24,214 nt of DNA from Octopus sinensis. Its lineage: Eukaryota. Where the stretch lies: positions 1 through 24,214 of the forward strand of contig NW_021836462.1 in NCBI RefSeq assembly GCF_006345805.1, written 5' to 3'. Positions 1-10,574 of the stretch are shown one piece after another. A program made the position numbers and the translations under genes. The notes under the pieces were generated by a model. It was given only the letters and a program-made list of their open reading frames with translations. It was not told where the DNA came from and ran no database searches. Positions within the stretch are counted from its first letter, which is position 1. Each line of letters begins with the position of its first letter.

Positions 1-482
1 ACGTGCTATATATATATTATATATATGTATATATATTTACATGTACATGTGTATATACATGCATTAAAGCCCCAGGTATCTATTGCTTCACTCTCTCGAT
101 AACTATATAGATATATTCACAAACAAATATGTATGTCTGTATGCATATGATTAACTTTTACTAGGAAGAGGTAAAAAACGGACTCTACCAAAAAGTATTG
201 AATAATCCTTCAGTTTTTTACGTTAAACAGTCTTATATATGATATAAAAACAAAAAACACATGCATTACATACATAAATACATGCATTGTGTGTTTTTTC
301 TTTAATAAAAATACAATCCTGATGTATATATTCCTCTCTGTTATCTATAAAATCAGATGTTGACTGATGCAGTCTGAGGATCACCAACGAACAGATGCCA
401 CAAGACAGCAGCTATTATTCCTTCGAAAACACTTTAACGTCTTAGAAAGATATGCGTATGTTGATGGCGTAATGGATAAATA

Positions 483-514
483 GGGGTGGGGTGGGGTGGG
501 GTGGGGTGGGGTGG
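483..514 (+). repeat. (GGGGT)6 G-rich tandem repeat, potential G-quadruplex
   Basis: Six GGGG runs separated by single T, read directly. Confidence 0.85.
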
Positions 515-610
515 AAACAAGTTTATATTCGCCATGCTTGTAAGTAAACTTTCTGCATTGTAAATAACAAGATATGCCATTGGCTTGTCATATAAATTCG
601 TTCGTTTTTG

Positions 611-641
<31 letters not shown>

Positions 642-1173
642 TTTCTGCTTGGCACTCTTGTCTTCATATGTCTAACAAGAAGGAAAAAATTTATTCAAAT
701 TTCTAAAACGATAATTAAAAGTTGTAGAGGAAAAGAATAGATCACGAAGAAAAAAAAAAAAGAACCATGAAAAAAATTACGATAAAATTATTCCGTGTTA
801 ATTCAAAAAAAAACCAAAAAACACATGGAAAGGATTAGAAGAAGAAGAAATGGTGGTGGTGGTGGTGGTGGAGGTGGGGGAACGAAAGGATTTATCTGAC
901 AACTCAATAAGGTAGAATACAAAGAAATAATGAGTGAGTGAAGGTACAAGTTTAAGAAGGCCATGTAGGTTCTGGTGACAGCCAAGGATTGCAGAGCAAA
1001 CGTGGTCATTATGGAATGACAGTTACAATAACATTAATCAGTGAATCTGTTATTTGGTGATTTGTCAAAGCTGACGTGATTGCATTTTTTATATCTTGAG
1101 CGCTCAGTAGCTTTCTTTCATAAAACATTTATTGAGGTCCCAAGTGCTAGCAAGTAACAGACTGGTGTAGGGC

Positions 1174-1470
1174 AAGGGTTTGGCAGAAACTTTAGCACGT
1201 CGGAGGACAAAATGCTTTAAAGCGTTTCTTCCGGCTCTTTACGTTCTGATTTCAAATAACACACAAGTCAACTTTGGTTTTCATCTCTTCGGAGTCGATG
1301 AAATAAAACACTAGGCAAGTCCTGGGGTTGATGAAATTGATTCACCACCTCCCTTCAAATAAGTTGCGGGCTTTAAAGTCTGCAACAGACTGGCATCCCA
1401 TTCAGGGGCTATGTTGTGCTCCCGATTACTTATACGCCACGAGAAACCGGGTAACTTGTTTCATGAGTTA
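1174..1470 (+). mobile_element. Diverged tRNA-derived SINE (family A head and centre, alternative 3' module)
   Basis: ggcagaaactttagcacg...ttcatctcttcggagtcgatgaaataaa matches the centre of the better-preserved copies (5749, 13507, 14296), followed by ctgcaacagactggcatcccattcagggg...gaaaccggg. Confidence 0.65.
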
Positions 1471-2389
1471 TAGGGCCCCAAGAAATTTTATTTTTAAATT
1501 AATAGGTCATATTTAAAAAAACGATGACTTTGAGTGCATAATTGCTGTTATTGAATATATTTCATGAGCCAGCGGCCGAAACAGAAATATGCAACCAGTA
1601 TCATCGAGTTTATTTTTAAGATTATAAAGACAAAGTAATAATATTTTGATATGCGAATAGATGGTCAGTCCCGGGAATTTGTTGGAAAAATATCAGAAGT
1701 TTTGTATTGACATTTCTGGGCGAAGGAAAGAGTGACTAGTACTTGTAGTCCTCAACTATATGATCTTTTGGAGTGAGAGAAATCGGATAATAAACAAACC
1801 AATAATAAAGATTGAAGAAAATTTTGCCGAATGTCTTGATGTAGTATAACGATTTTATGGGAGTGGTACTTTGAGGTCTGCTGTATAAACCTAAATAGGA
1901 GGAAGGAAAGTGGCAAATTGAAGAGATTCCCCAAGCGGCACGTTTGTTCGCAGAATAGTAGTTCACTCATACGCAGTTATTTTTTGGGTTTTCTTCTTTT
2001 TTATAACCGCGAACACAAATTCACTGCAGGCAGTCGCAAGACAATCGTGTGTATTAAAAACTTCGTGCTTGTGTAAATATTAAGAAAACAAGTTTTCAAA
2101 CAACAACGGAATTACATCAAAAGATAACACCTGTTAGCTTAAAATCTTGAACTGTGAGCAGAAGACAGCACGAGTAGATAACATTTACTTCTTTACAGAG
2201 ATTCTTTCAAAACGAAATGATCATTGGATAACAATTATTGTCTATTTTCTTCCTCAAATGTACACCTGTGAGAATGATAGTAATCAAGCTGATGTGGCAC
2301 TGATAAATGCTTCTACAAAGACAGAGATATCTAGTGGAGGGTGGACATCTTTTATATGCCGTTATCTTTTACTGGGCTCATTATAGTTG

Positions 2390-3450
2390 AGAAAAAATGC
2401 GCTTACACATAATATTCGTTCGAAAGATATAACTATAAATGCTGCACAGAATCTTCTGTCTGAGTATCCGGAGACAGAAGGGAAAATAATATTTTTGACA
2501 GTGAGAGGCCAAGTGAGGTTGACTCGCTTACTTATAACACTGACCAGATTCATTTTGAAGAATATCAGAATCATTGATTAACTCACTTCTGTTGTTTGAA
2601 GAAGAATACAGGAAGTAGATAACTTGTTATATCTTTCCTCGCTTATCACTCATTCGTCGCTGGTCCAGAATAACAAGATATGATTAATTGTGAACCATAG
2701 GACGCTTATTACGCATTAATTTATGATAACAGGGATCGGTGATGAGTCAAAGGTTCTTATTGAACCGCAGAATGTGCTCCAGCGACTGCTCATAGTGCTC
2801 AGCTACTCAAAATGCTCGTGTTCACATCAACATGCTGTGAGGTTGCATATTTTTTATACGGTTTTTGTATTAGTACCCTTCAACATACTACTAGGGAACT
2901 AACAAAATTATTCATTCACCATTGTTTCATTTAACGCGGTATTCTTTTATACCAACTACTCGTGATAAAAGAGAGTAGATATATCCTAAAACTGAATGTA
3001 TAAAAAATTATTGTCAAAGATGGCTGCCAGCAAGTTTATCTTATGCCTTGTGATCAGCTGCCGAATAGCTGTGATTACACTCTATACAATTGCGAATGCT
3101 ATCGAATTTCTGGCAGAAGCTGTTAATCCAATGTGCCAACATTAAAATGGTAAGATGTGGCAGAATCTCATGTGTTTTGAAAAGTAGATTTTTGTTATCG
3201 TTTCCTGAAATACTAAAGCGTATTCGAGGAAAGCAACCTTGCAGAAAACAGCTGACAATTATTATATAACGATAATAAAAGTTGTTTATTTTGTGGCCGA
3301 ACAAAATTCGCTTTCATTATAGTATATTTATTGTATACTTTCAGTCTGTTTTTACCACTGAATATGCTTTTTATTAATAAAAACTACTTAGGAACGTTTC
3401 TTTTAATAAACCCCAAATGAATAAAGGTTATGCCTGAATCTAGTATTTAC
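2390..3450 (-). pseudogene. Decayed intronless class A (rhodopsin-like) GPCR pseudogene
   Basis: Minus-strand translation with frame changes gives motifs in 7TM order over ~1.05 kb: TM1-like LGFIKRNV (3393-3416), TM2-like TTFIIVI**LSAVF, TM3-like FCHILPF*CWHIGLTASARNSIAFAI then DRV after removing one base (~3080), TM4-like RHKINLLAAIF, TM5-like PIPVIIN*CVISVLWFTI (~2690-2740), TM6-like RKDITSYLLPVFFF (~2600-2640), TM7/helix-8-like NIIFPSVSGYSDRRFCAAF (ending ~2437). Many stops and frameshifts; motif assignment by eye. Confidence 0.55.
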
Positions 3451-3627
3451 AGCAAGGATTGGCACAAAGAATTTCTTGCAAGTGGGTGAGATCCCATAAA
3501 TTTTCAACAGAACCTGATGGGAATTGGAGGCATCAGTATCTGAAGAATTGCATATTAAAGAATGATCCGGCACTGAAAAACAGTGCAGCGCACCCTCTCT
3601 TTCACACCATAAACGCGTTCTTCTGTG

Positions 3628-3911
3628 CGACCAGGCTATCAGATATTGCCACACATCGCTGGTCACAATGCGTTTCGCATTGATTTAGCCTTCAAATGAC
3701 ACCACCGCGCTGGCTAAGCGAGCAGTCCAACAGAAGAAAGAATGAAAGTTGAGGCGAAAGAGTTCAGCAAGGATCGCCATCACCCCCTGTCGGAGCCTCG
3801 TGGTGCTTTAGGTGTTTTTGCTCAATAAACACTCACAACGCCGGATCTGGGAATCGAAACCGCGATCCTACAACCGCGAGTGCGCTACCCTAACCGCTGG
3901 GCTATTGCGCC
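3628..3911 (-). mobile_element. Near full-length tRNA-derived SINE (family B, tRNA-Arg(TCG)-like head)
   Basis: Reverse complement begins ggcgcaatagcccagcggttagggtagcgcactcgcggttgtaggatcgcggtttcgattcccag (A-box and B-box-like motifs) and shares body and tail with the copies at 4852-5678. Confidence 0.85.

Positions 3912-3914
<3 letters not shown>

Positions 3915-4008
<94 letters not shown>
3915..4008. repeat. (CA)n microsatellite
   Basis: Direct reading; source of the His/Thr ORFs 3812..4015 and 3880..4119. Confidence 0.95.
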
Positions 4009-4009
<1 letters not shown>

Positions 4010-4021
4010 ATATAATATGCA

Positions 4022-4325
4022 TATATGGGTACAGGATGTCACCAATGGTAAACAACATGAGATACGAAAATAAATTAGTTAAATACGCAAATAACGAGAC
4101 AAAAAAAAAGGACAGGTAATACAAAAAATGACCCTTCATCAGTTGTCGGCTGTCTATTTCCTCCCCATTTCCAGCATTCAATGACAATATGAGGGTCAAA
4201 GTCAGGAACATAAACAGGACAGTGGAGACATACAGGGAAACCGAAGGAAAACAAAATATGGAGGGTCGTTTGACCTGAACGAGGGGAAAAATAGTGAACG
4301 CTGAGAGAAATATTTTCTTTGACAA
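4022..4325 (-). repeat. Microsatellite-flanked non-coding interspersed repeat, possibly Penelope-derived
   Basis: Non-coding block between (CA)n and (TA)n; minus strand has acaactgatgaagggtc. Resembles an octopus repeat I recall; unverified. Confidence 0.3.
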
Positions 4326-4356
4326 ATATATGTATATATATATTATATATATTATA

Positions 4357-4394
<38 letters not shown>

Positions 4395-4403
<9 letters not shown>

Positions 4404-4559
4404 ATTGGTGAATTGAAGAAATGGAGATGAACGCAGATTGAACAGAAATCGTTTTATTTCATTCTACACAACGTGTTTCGAATGAAATAGAATGAAATAA
4501 AACGATTTCTGTTCAATCTGCGTTCAGCTCCATTTCTTCAATTCACCAATAATGTTTTA
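4395..4559. repeat. 72-bp inverted repeat with 21-nt loop
   Basis: 4395-4466 is the reverse complement of 4488-4559 with one mismatch (ggagatgaac vs gttcagctcc). Confidence 0.95.
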
Positions 4560-4708
4560 ATTTCAATTATCCGCACCAACGCACGTTGCAACGCCAGATG
4601 GTTGTACCTCCAACCGTGCTGTTTACTGCTGTGATTTTTGCTACTAAGGTATCGGTTAAACTTTTGATTAATCTACTACAAGATTATTCATCTTTCTATT
4701 TCACATAT

Positions 4709-4833
<125 letters not shown>

Positions 4834-4851
4834 TGTGTGTGTGTGTGTGTA

Positions 4852-5080
4852 GGCACAATGGCCCAGTGGTTAGGGCAGCGGACTCGCGGTTTCGATCCCA
4901 GCCGGGCGTTGTGTGTTTATTGAGCGAAAAAACCTAAAAGCTCCACGAGGCTCCGGCAGGTGTGTGGGTGATCCTTGCTGTACTCTTTCTCCCACTCTTT
5001 CTACTGTTGGCCTAAAACAATGCGAACGCATTGTAACCAGCGAAGTGTAAAACATCTGATGGTCTGATCGGTCATGTGAT

Positions 5081-5087
<7 letters not shown>
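4852..5087 (+). mobile_element. Family B SINE, tandem copy 1 (internally deleted)
   Basis: ggcacaatggcccagtggttagggcagcggactcgcggtttcgat...catgtgatcacgtga. Confidence 0.9.
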
Positions 5088-5137
<50 letters not shown>

Positions 5138-5150
5138 GTGTGTGTGTGTA

Positions 5151-5393
5151 GGCACAATGGCCCAGTGGTTAGGGCAGCGGACTCGCGGTTTCGATTCCCA
5201 GGCCGGGCGTTGTGAGTGTTTATTGAGCGAAAACACCTAAAAGCTCCACGAGGCTCCGGCAGGGGGTGGGTGATCCTTGCTGTACTCTTTCTCTCCTCAC
5301 TCTTTCTACTGTTGGCCTAAAACAATGCGAACGCATTGTAACCAGCGAAGTGTAACAACATCTGATGGTCTGATCGGTCATGTGATCACGTGA
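5151..5393 (+). mobile_element. Family B SINE, tandem copy 2
   Basis: Near-identical to copy 1 with the same deletions. Confidence 0.9.
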
Positions 5394-5438
5394 TATATAT
5401 ATATATTATATATATATATTTATGTGTGTGTGTGGGTA

Positions 5439-5678
5439 GGCCAATGGCCCAGTGGTTAGGGCAGCGGACTCGCGGTTTCGATTCCCAGGCCGGGCGTTGT
5501 GAGTGTTTATTGAGCGAAAACACCTAAAAGCTCGAGGCTCCGGCAGGGGGTGGGTGATCCTTGCTGTACTCTTTCTCTCCTCCTCCCTTTCTACTGTTGG
5601 CCTAAAACAATGCGAACGCATTGTAACCAGCGAAGTGTAACAACATCTGATGGTCTGATCGGTCATGTGATCACGTGA
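5439..5678 (+). mobile_element. Family B SINE, tandem copy 3
   Basis: Near-identical to copies 1 and 2. Confidence 0.9.
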
Positions 5679-5702
5679 TATATATATATATTTATATATA
5701 TG

Positions 5703-5747
<45 letters not shown>

Positions 5748-5748
5748 T

Positions 5749-5981
5749 AAGGGCGGCGAGCTGGCAGAATCGTTAGCACGCCGGACGAAATGCTTAACGG
5801 TATTTCGTCTGCCGTTAAGTTCTGAGTTCAAATTCTGCCGAGATCGACTTTGCTTTTCATCCTTTCAGGGTCGATTAAATAAGTACCAGTTACGCGCTGG
5901 GGTTGATGTAATCGATTTAATTCTTCGTCTGTCCTTCTTTGTCGCCCCTATGTTTAGCCTCCTGTGGACAATACAGAAATA
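5749..5981 (+). mobile_element. tRNA-derived SINE family A
   Basis: aagggcggcgagctggcagaatcgttagc head, gagttcaaattc B-box-like motif, central gtcgactttgcYtttcatcctttcRgggtcgattaaataagtaccag (from memory resembles the MetaSINE/MESC domain; unverified), tail ending acagaaata. Confidence 0.9.
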
Positions 5982-6024
5982 TAATGTATATGTATATCTG
6001 AATGTATATCTATGTGTTATGTAT

Positions 6025-6091
<67 letters not shown>

Positions 6092-6119
6092 TATATGTGT
6101 GTGAGTGTGTGTGTATGTC

Positions 6120-6310
6120 CCTTAGGCTGCTGAATTCTGTGGCGTGTATATTCCCCACCGGGAAGGGTTGCCAGTCTGCCGCAGGATGATTCCCTTTTAC
6201 CAGCTAAGTCGACTGGGGTAGCGTAAAATGAACTGCTTTGCTCAAAAACACACCACATTGCCCAGTCCAGGAATCGAAACCACAATCTTATTATCATGAG
6301 TGCTACGCCA
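6120..6310 (-). mobile_element. Diverged tRNA-derived SINE family C (CORE-like centre, alternative 3' module)
   Basis: Reverse complement has ggtttcgattcctggactgggcaatgtggtgtgtttttgagcaaagca...cctgcggcagactggcaaccc, similar to 13825-14090. Confidence 0.6.
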
Positions 6311-6688
6311 TTTTTCTTGCATTTAAACGCTCAATTTCGGACTGAAATAGAACCAGGATAGGCTATAGCCGTTCATCTATTTCAAGACAGCACGGTTAAA
6401 CATTAAAAAGAACGTTTTATTGTTTGTTCTCCTTTTCATCTCCCTACTTTGCAGGCCACTCATTCTATCTTATTATCTTTTAACGTGAGCAAATACAGTA
6501 GAGGATATTGCCGAGTGATAGAAACACTTAACATGCCAACATCGTAGTTTCTACCTCCTGTCCCCTGCTCTTATACTTTCCAGTAATTGATTTGTCTAAC
6601 CACGCATTAATAATCAAATGCGTAGCTAAATTTTCATACTAAATGATTAGCTAATAGGCTAATTGAACAACATTATGTATGGTTATTG

Positions 6689-6990
6689 AAAGGCAGTCAG
6701 CTGGCAGAATCGTTAGCACGTCGTACAAAATGTGTAGCGCCATTTCTTCCATGTTTTTACGTACTCAGTTCAAATTCAACCGAGGTCAACTCCGCCTTTT
6801 ATCCTTTCGAGTCGATAAAATAAAGTGTCCGTTGAGCACCGGGTCTCGATGTAATCTCTTCCTCCTCGTTCCCGCTAAAATAGCTGGCCTTCAATCCTGC
6901 AACGGACTGGTGTCTTGTTCAAGGAAAATATTGTAATCTCAGTTACTTGTAGGCCATGAAAATCGAGTGACCGGCCTTGGGAGGAGTCCT
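6689..6990 (+). mobile_element. Diverged SINE family A with alternative 3' module
   Basis: aaggcagtcagctggcagaatcgttagc...ccttttatcctttcgagtcgataaaataaag...cctgcaacggactggtgtc; same layout as 1174-1470. Confidence 0.75.
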
Positions 6991-7074
6991 GCGGGTTAAG
7001 AAAATAGAAATAGAAAAAAGAAAAAAAAGAAAAAAAAGAAAGAAAGACTGGTGCGTGTCCTTTATGAACTGACG

Positions 7075-7180
7075 ACAATATTTATGGCTCCATCAGCGAA
7101 ACAACATCGCGCAGACACTCCTAACTTGGCAAACGGAGAAGAGCTTGAAATTGCATCAGAGAATAAATGTTTGTTTACAC
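7075..7180 (+). repeat. Repeat block A, with an inverted copy at ~9955-10070
   Basis: atttatggctccatcagcgaaacaacatcgcgcagacactcctaacttggc matches the reverse complement of gccaaattaggagtgtctgcgtgatgtggtttcgctgattgagccgtaaat. Confidence 0.85.
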
Positions 7181-7385
7181 ACACACACACACACACACTC
7201 ACTTTTCTTCTATCTTCTTTCTCTCTCTCACTTTGTCTCTCTTCTTCTTTTTCTCTCTCCTTTTTTCTGTCGCTTTTTCTGTATTTTACTCTCACTTCCT
7301 CTCTCTCTCTCTTCTCTCATTCTCTTTCTCTCTCACTCTTTCTTTCTCCCTCTCTCTTTTTCTCTCTCTCTCTCTTTCTTTCTCC

Positions 7386-7430
<45 letters not shown>

Positions 7431-7444
7431 ACACACATACACAC

Positions 7445-8050
7445 ACATCCTACATTTTTATTTGACTGGAAACACATCTCTCTCTATATAAACGGCAGTT
7501 TGTCTGTCTGTGTGTCTGTGTGTCTGTTTTCTCGTACCCTCACCCTGACCACTGCTTTCAACCGATTCTGATGAAACTTGACACACACATAGCCCAATGT
7601 CATAATTCAAAACTAACGCAGCGAAAATTTTGAAAAGTTCCCCCAGTTCTGAAAAAAATCGATAAATTCGACATGGGGTCGAGAATCAGAAACCCAGACC
7701 GTCTAGGGGACGCAACTCCACCTTTTTTAACTCTCAAAAAAATTTACCATCATTTTTTTTCCATTTTTTTGCTATTTTTTGGCTATAACTCTCTAAAAAT
7801 GCTTTATAGTTATTTCCCTTACAAACCTGAGCAACGCCGGGCGATACTGCTAGTTCTATATATATAGCAACGTGGGTGTGTTTTTGCTTTACTCTTTACC
7901 TCAAGATCCTATGGTAATCAGTCGATCCATTATTTTTATGACCCGTCAATAGATTCTGTTTTACAAAGCAAGTCTGAAGAAACAAAATGAACGCAAATAA
8001 AGCTGACCAGTGGTGTCTCTATACACATGTATGGATATCAGTATCTATCT
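7445..8050 (+). repeat. Duplicated block B, copy 1 (contains the Helitron)
   Basis: Flanks align to 10575-10800 over more than 200 bp (gactggaaacaca...tacctcaagatcYtatggtaatcagtcgatcc...gctgaccagtgg). Confidence 0.9.
7477..7853 (+). mobile_element. Non-autonomous Helitron (377 bp)
   Basis: Starts TC(TCTCTCTATATAAA), internal (GTCT)n and accgattctgatgaaacttg, subterminal imperfect hairpin cctgagcaacgccggg (7826-7841), ends CTAG, inserted between A and T with no TSD; empty site at 10606/10607. Confidence 0.9.
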
Positions 8051-8182
8051 ATATAATCGTAGATATATATATGTGTGTGAATGAGTGTGTGTGTGATCAT
8101 ATATACATATGTATGCTTGTGTGTATAAGTATGTGTATGTGTGTGTGTATGTGTACGTATGTATGTGTGCATGTATGTATGT

Positions 8183-8772
8183 CATTTTTCATTTTATTTC
8201 AAGATTTCTTTCCAATACCGAAAGTACCGGCTTCTAACCTAGATTCAAGGCTCCTTCAAGGCTCCTTCAAAATCAACAACAGGGTATTTTTGTTTGTTTG
8301 TTTGTTTGTTTGTTTGTATGTATGTATGTATGTATGTATGTATGTATGTAGGTAGGTAGGTAGGTATCTAGGTGAAGATTTGTATGTTTTATGTATGTAT
8401 TTTCATGCACATAGCTACATACTCATATAGATTTAAATGATAAACTTCTGGAAAGTTTTACAGATTGGTATAGTTCCAGTGATGGGTTGGATATGTAGTC
8501 ATCGAATTAGCTTTTTCCTTTCTGGTTTCGAGAAGCCTAATTTCTCAAGTTCTTTATTTAGAGAGTGTGTGATATATCCAAGGCTCCCAATAATTACAGG
8601 TATAAACCTGAACTTGTAATATGGATATAGTAACTGCAGATTTCTCAATAGTTCAGCATATATGTTCTTTTTTTCACTGATCTTCAGCTTTATGTTAACA
8701 TCCGCTGGGCAGCTGATTTCCACAACTGTACACAGTCTCTCTTCTCTATCTCAAATCATCAAATCATTATAT
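8183..8772 (-). mobile_element. 3' end of an RLE-type (R2/R4/NeSL/CRE group) non-LTR retrotransposon, pseudogenised
   Basis: One frame 8433-8760: DLMI*DREERLCTVVEISCPADVNIKLKISEKKNIYAELLRNLQLLYPYYKFRFIPVIIGSLGYIT...LIR*LHIQPITGTIPICKTFQKFII*. This is a PD-(D/E)xK RLE C-terminus with two in-frame TGA stops (8751-53, 8499-8501). The inferred 3' UTR runs into (CATA)n at ~8180. Confidence 0.85.
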
Positions 8773-8774
8773 CA

Positions 8775-9580
8775 TTTATGCATGTATGTATGTATGTATG
8801 TATGTATGTATGTATGTATGTATGTATGTATGTATGTATGTGTGTATGTATGTATGTATGTATGCATGTATGTATGTATGTGTATGTGCATGTATGTATG
8901 TGTATGTATGTGTATGTATGTATGTGTATCTATGTATGTGTATGCATGTATGTGTATGTATGTGTGCGTATGTACATATGAATGTATGTATGTGTGTATG
9001 TATGTATGTATGTATATGTATGTATGTGGGTATGTATATATGAATGTATGTATGTATGTATTGTGTACGTATGCATGAATGTATGTATGTGTGTATGTAT
9101 GTATGTATATAAGTATGTATGCATCTATGTATGTATGTATGTGTCTTTGTATGTATGAATGTATGTATGTATGTGTCGATGTATATATGAATGTATGTAT
9201 GTATATATGTATGTATGTATGTGTATCTATGTATGTGTATGAATGTATGTGTATGTATGTGTGCGTATGTACATATGAATGTATGTATGTGTGTATGTAT
9301 GTATATGTATGTATGTGGGTATGTATATATGAATGTATGTATGTATATAAGTATGTATGCATCTATGTATGTATGTATGTATGTATGTATGTATGTATGT
9401 AGTATGTATGTATGTGTCTTTGTATGTATGAATGTATGTGTCGATGTATATATGAATGTATGTATATATGTATGTATGTGTATGTATGTATATATGTATG
9501 TGTGTGTGTGTATGTGTGTGTGTATGTGTGTATGTATGTATGTATGTATGTATGAATGCATGTATGTATGTGGGTATATA

Positions 9581-9614
<34 letters not shown>

Positions 9615-9635
9615 AATGTATGTATGTATGTATGC
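8775..9635. repeat. ~860-bp degenerate (TATG)n microsatellite with internal higher-order duplication
   Basis: Direct reading; source of all Y/V/C/M and H/T/Y/I ORFs between 8772 and 9661. Confidence 0.95.
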
Positions 9636-9835
9636 ACACAGGGAAAGAGGGGGTAAAATAGAGAGGGAACTGGAAAGAGAAAAATAGAAAGAGTAAGGGA
9701 AAGATTATCTGTAAACAGGTGAATTAGAATGAGTGATATATTTACGTGGATATTCATATGCTTCCAGAAAAAATTCCAAGTTATTTCTGGTTCTATCATC
9801 AACTAATATTCATTAATATAATCGACTAATATTGC

Positions 9836-9866
<31 letters not shown>

Positions 9867-9885
9867 GGAGAGAGAAGGAGAGAGA

Positions 9886-9937
<52 letters not shown>

Positions 9938-9954
9938 GAGAGAGTGTGTGTATA

Positions 9955-10070
9955 TGTGTGGGAAAACGTTTATTCTCTGGGATGCAATTTTAAACTCTTG
10001 TCCGTCAGCCAAATTAGGAGTGTCTGCGTGATGTGGTTTCGCTGATTGAGCCGTAAATATGTTTTCACTC
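9955..10070 (-). repeat. Repeat block A, inverted copy
   Basis: Reverse-complement match to 7075-7180; adjoining (GA)n mirrors the (CT)n after copy 1. Confidence 0.85.
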
Positions 10071-10574
10071 ATGTGACGTCTTAAATTTACTGTGACCCTC
10101 TTCCTTAGCGGATCTACCAGACGCGAGTAACAACACAGCTATTAGAAAAAAAAAATCTTCTAAAATATCCATTCACACGGTTTGATAATAGAACCATTGA
10201 AATTCTCAACTGTTCAGAGTTTGAATACGGTTTTTTTTTAAATAGTCTCCTTACAATGTCCGCTCCCGAGTCATTATTTCTGTAACAACAAAATTGACAT
10301 GTTATGGAGGTTTATTATTTTCATTCAAGTAATTCCTAATAAAGAAACTGAAATCTGGAAAATGGTAACATGATGGAACATTAATGATCAGACGCAAAAT
10401 GGCGTACATGCGATAAAATGTATTTTATTTACAAAACCCGTTCGAGTGAGCCCTTAGAATTGTGTTTGGCACACTCAGATATTTTTAGTAAGAGGTTTAC
10501 AAAATAAAACTTCCGTTTCTCGCTCTTTCTCTTCCTCTAATTCTTTCTCTTCCTCCCCCCTCTCTCTCTCCCAC

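Noticed and set aside
1700-2450. Possible second GPCR reading ISFERILCV (~2400-2430) as TM3 with weak TM5-TM7 matches downstream, or a pogo-like ILWEWYF..KRFPKRH on the + strand
   Set aside because: The same bases fit better as helix 8/C-tail of the first GPCR; other motifs are too weak or out of order.
3019-3126. Cys-rich, EGF-like-looking + strand peptide DGCQQVYLMPCDQLPNSCDYTLYNCECYRISGRSC*
   Set aside because: No start codon or good acceptor, and it is antisense to TM3-TM4 of the GPCR relic; probably a shadow frame. Spliced + strand reads would revive it.
3020-3145. Signal-peptide-like 41-aa ORF MAASKFILCLVISC...
   Set aside because: Hydrophobicity is expected antisense to TM-coding DNA; too short and otherwise unsupported.
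4125-4175. CUGAUGA hammerhead core on the minus strand
   Set aside because: Could not find a stem II plus GAAA in the required arrangement.
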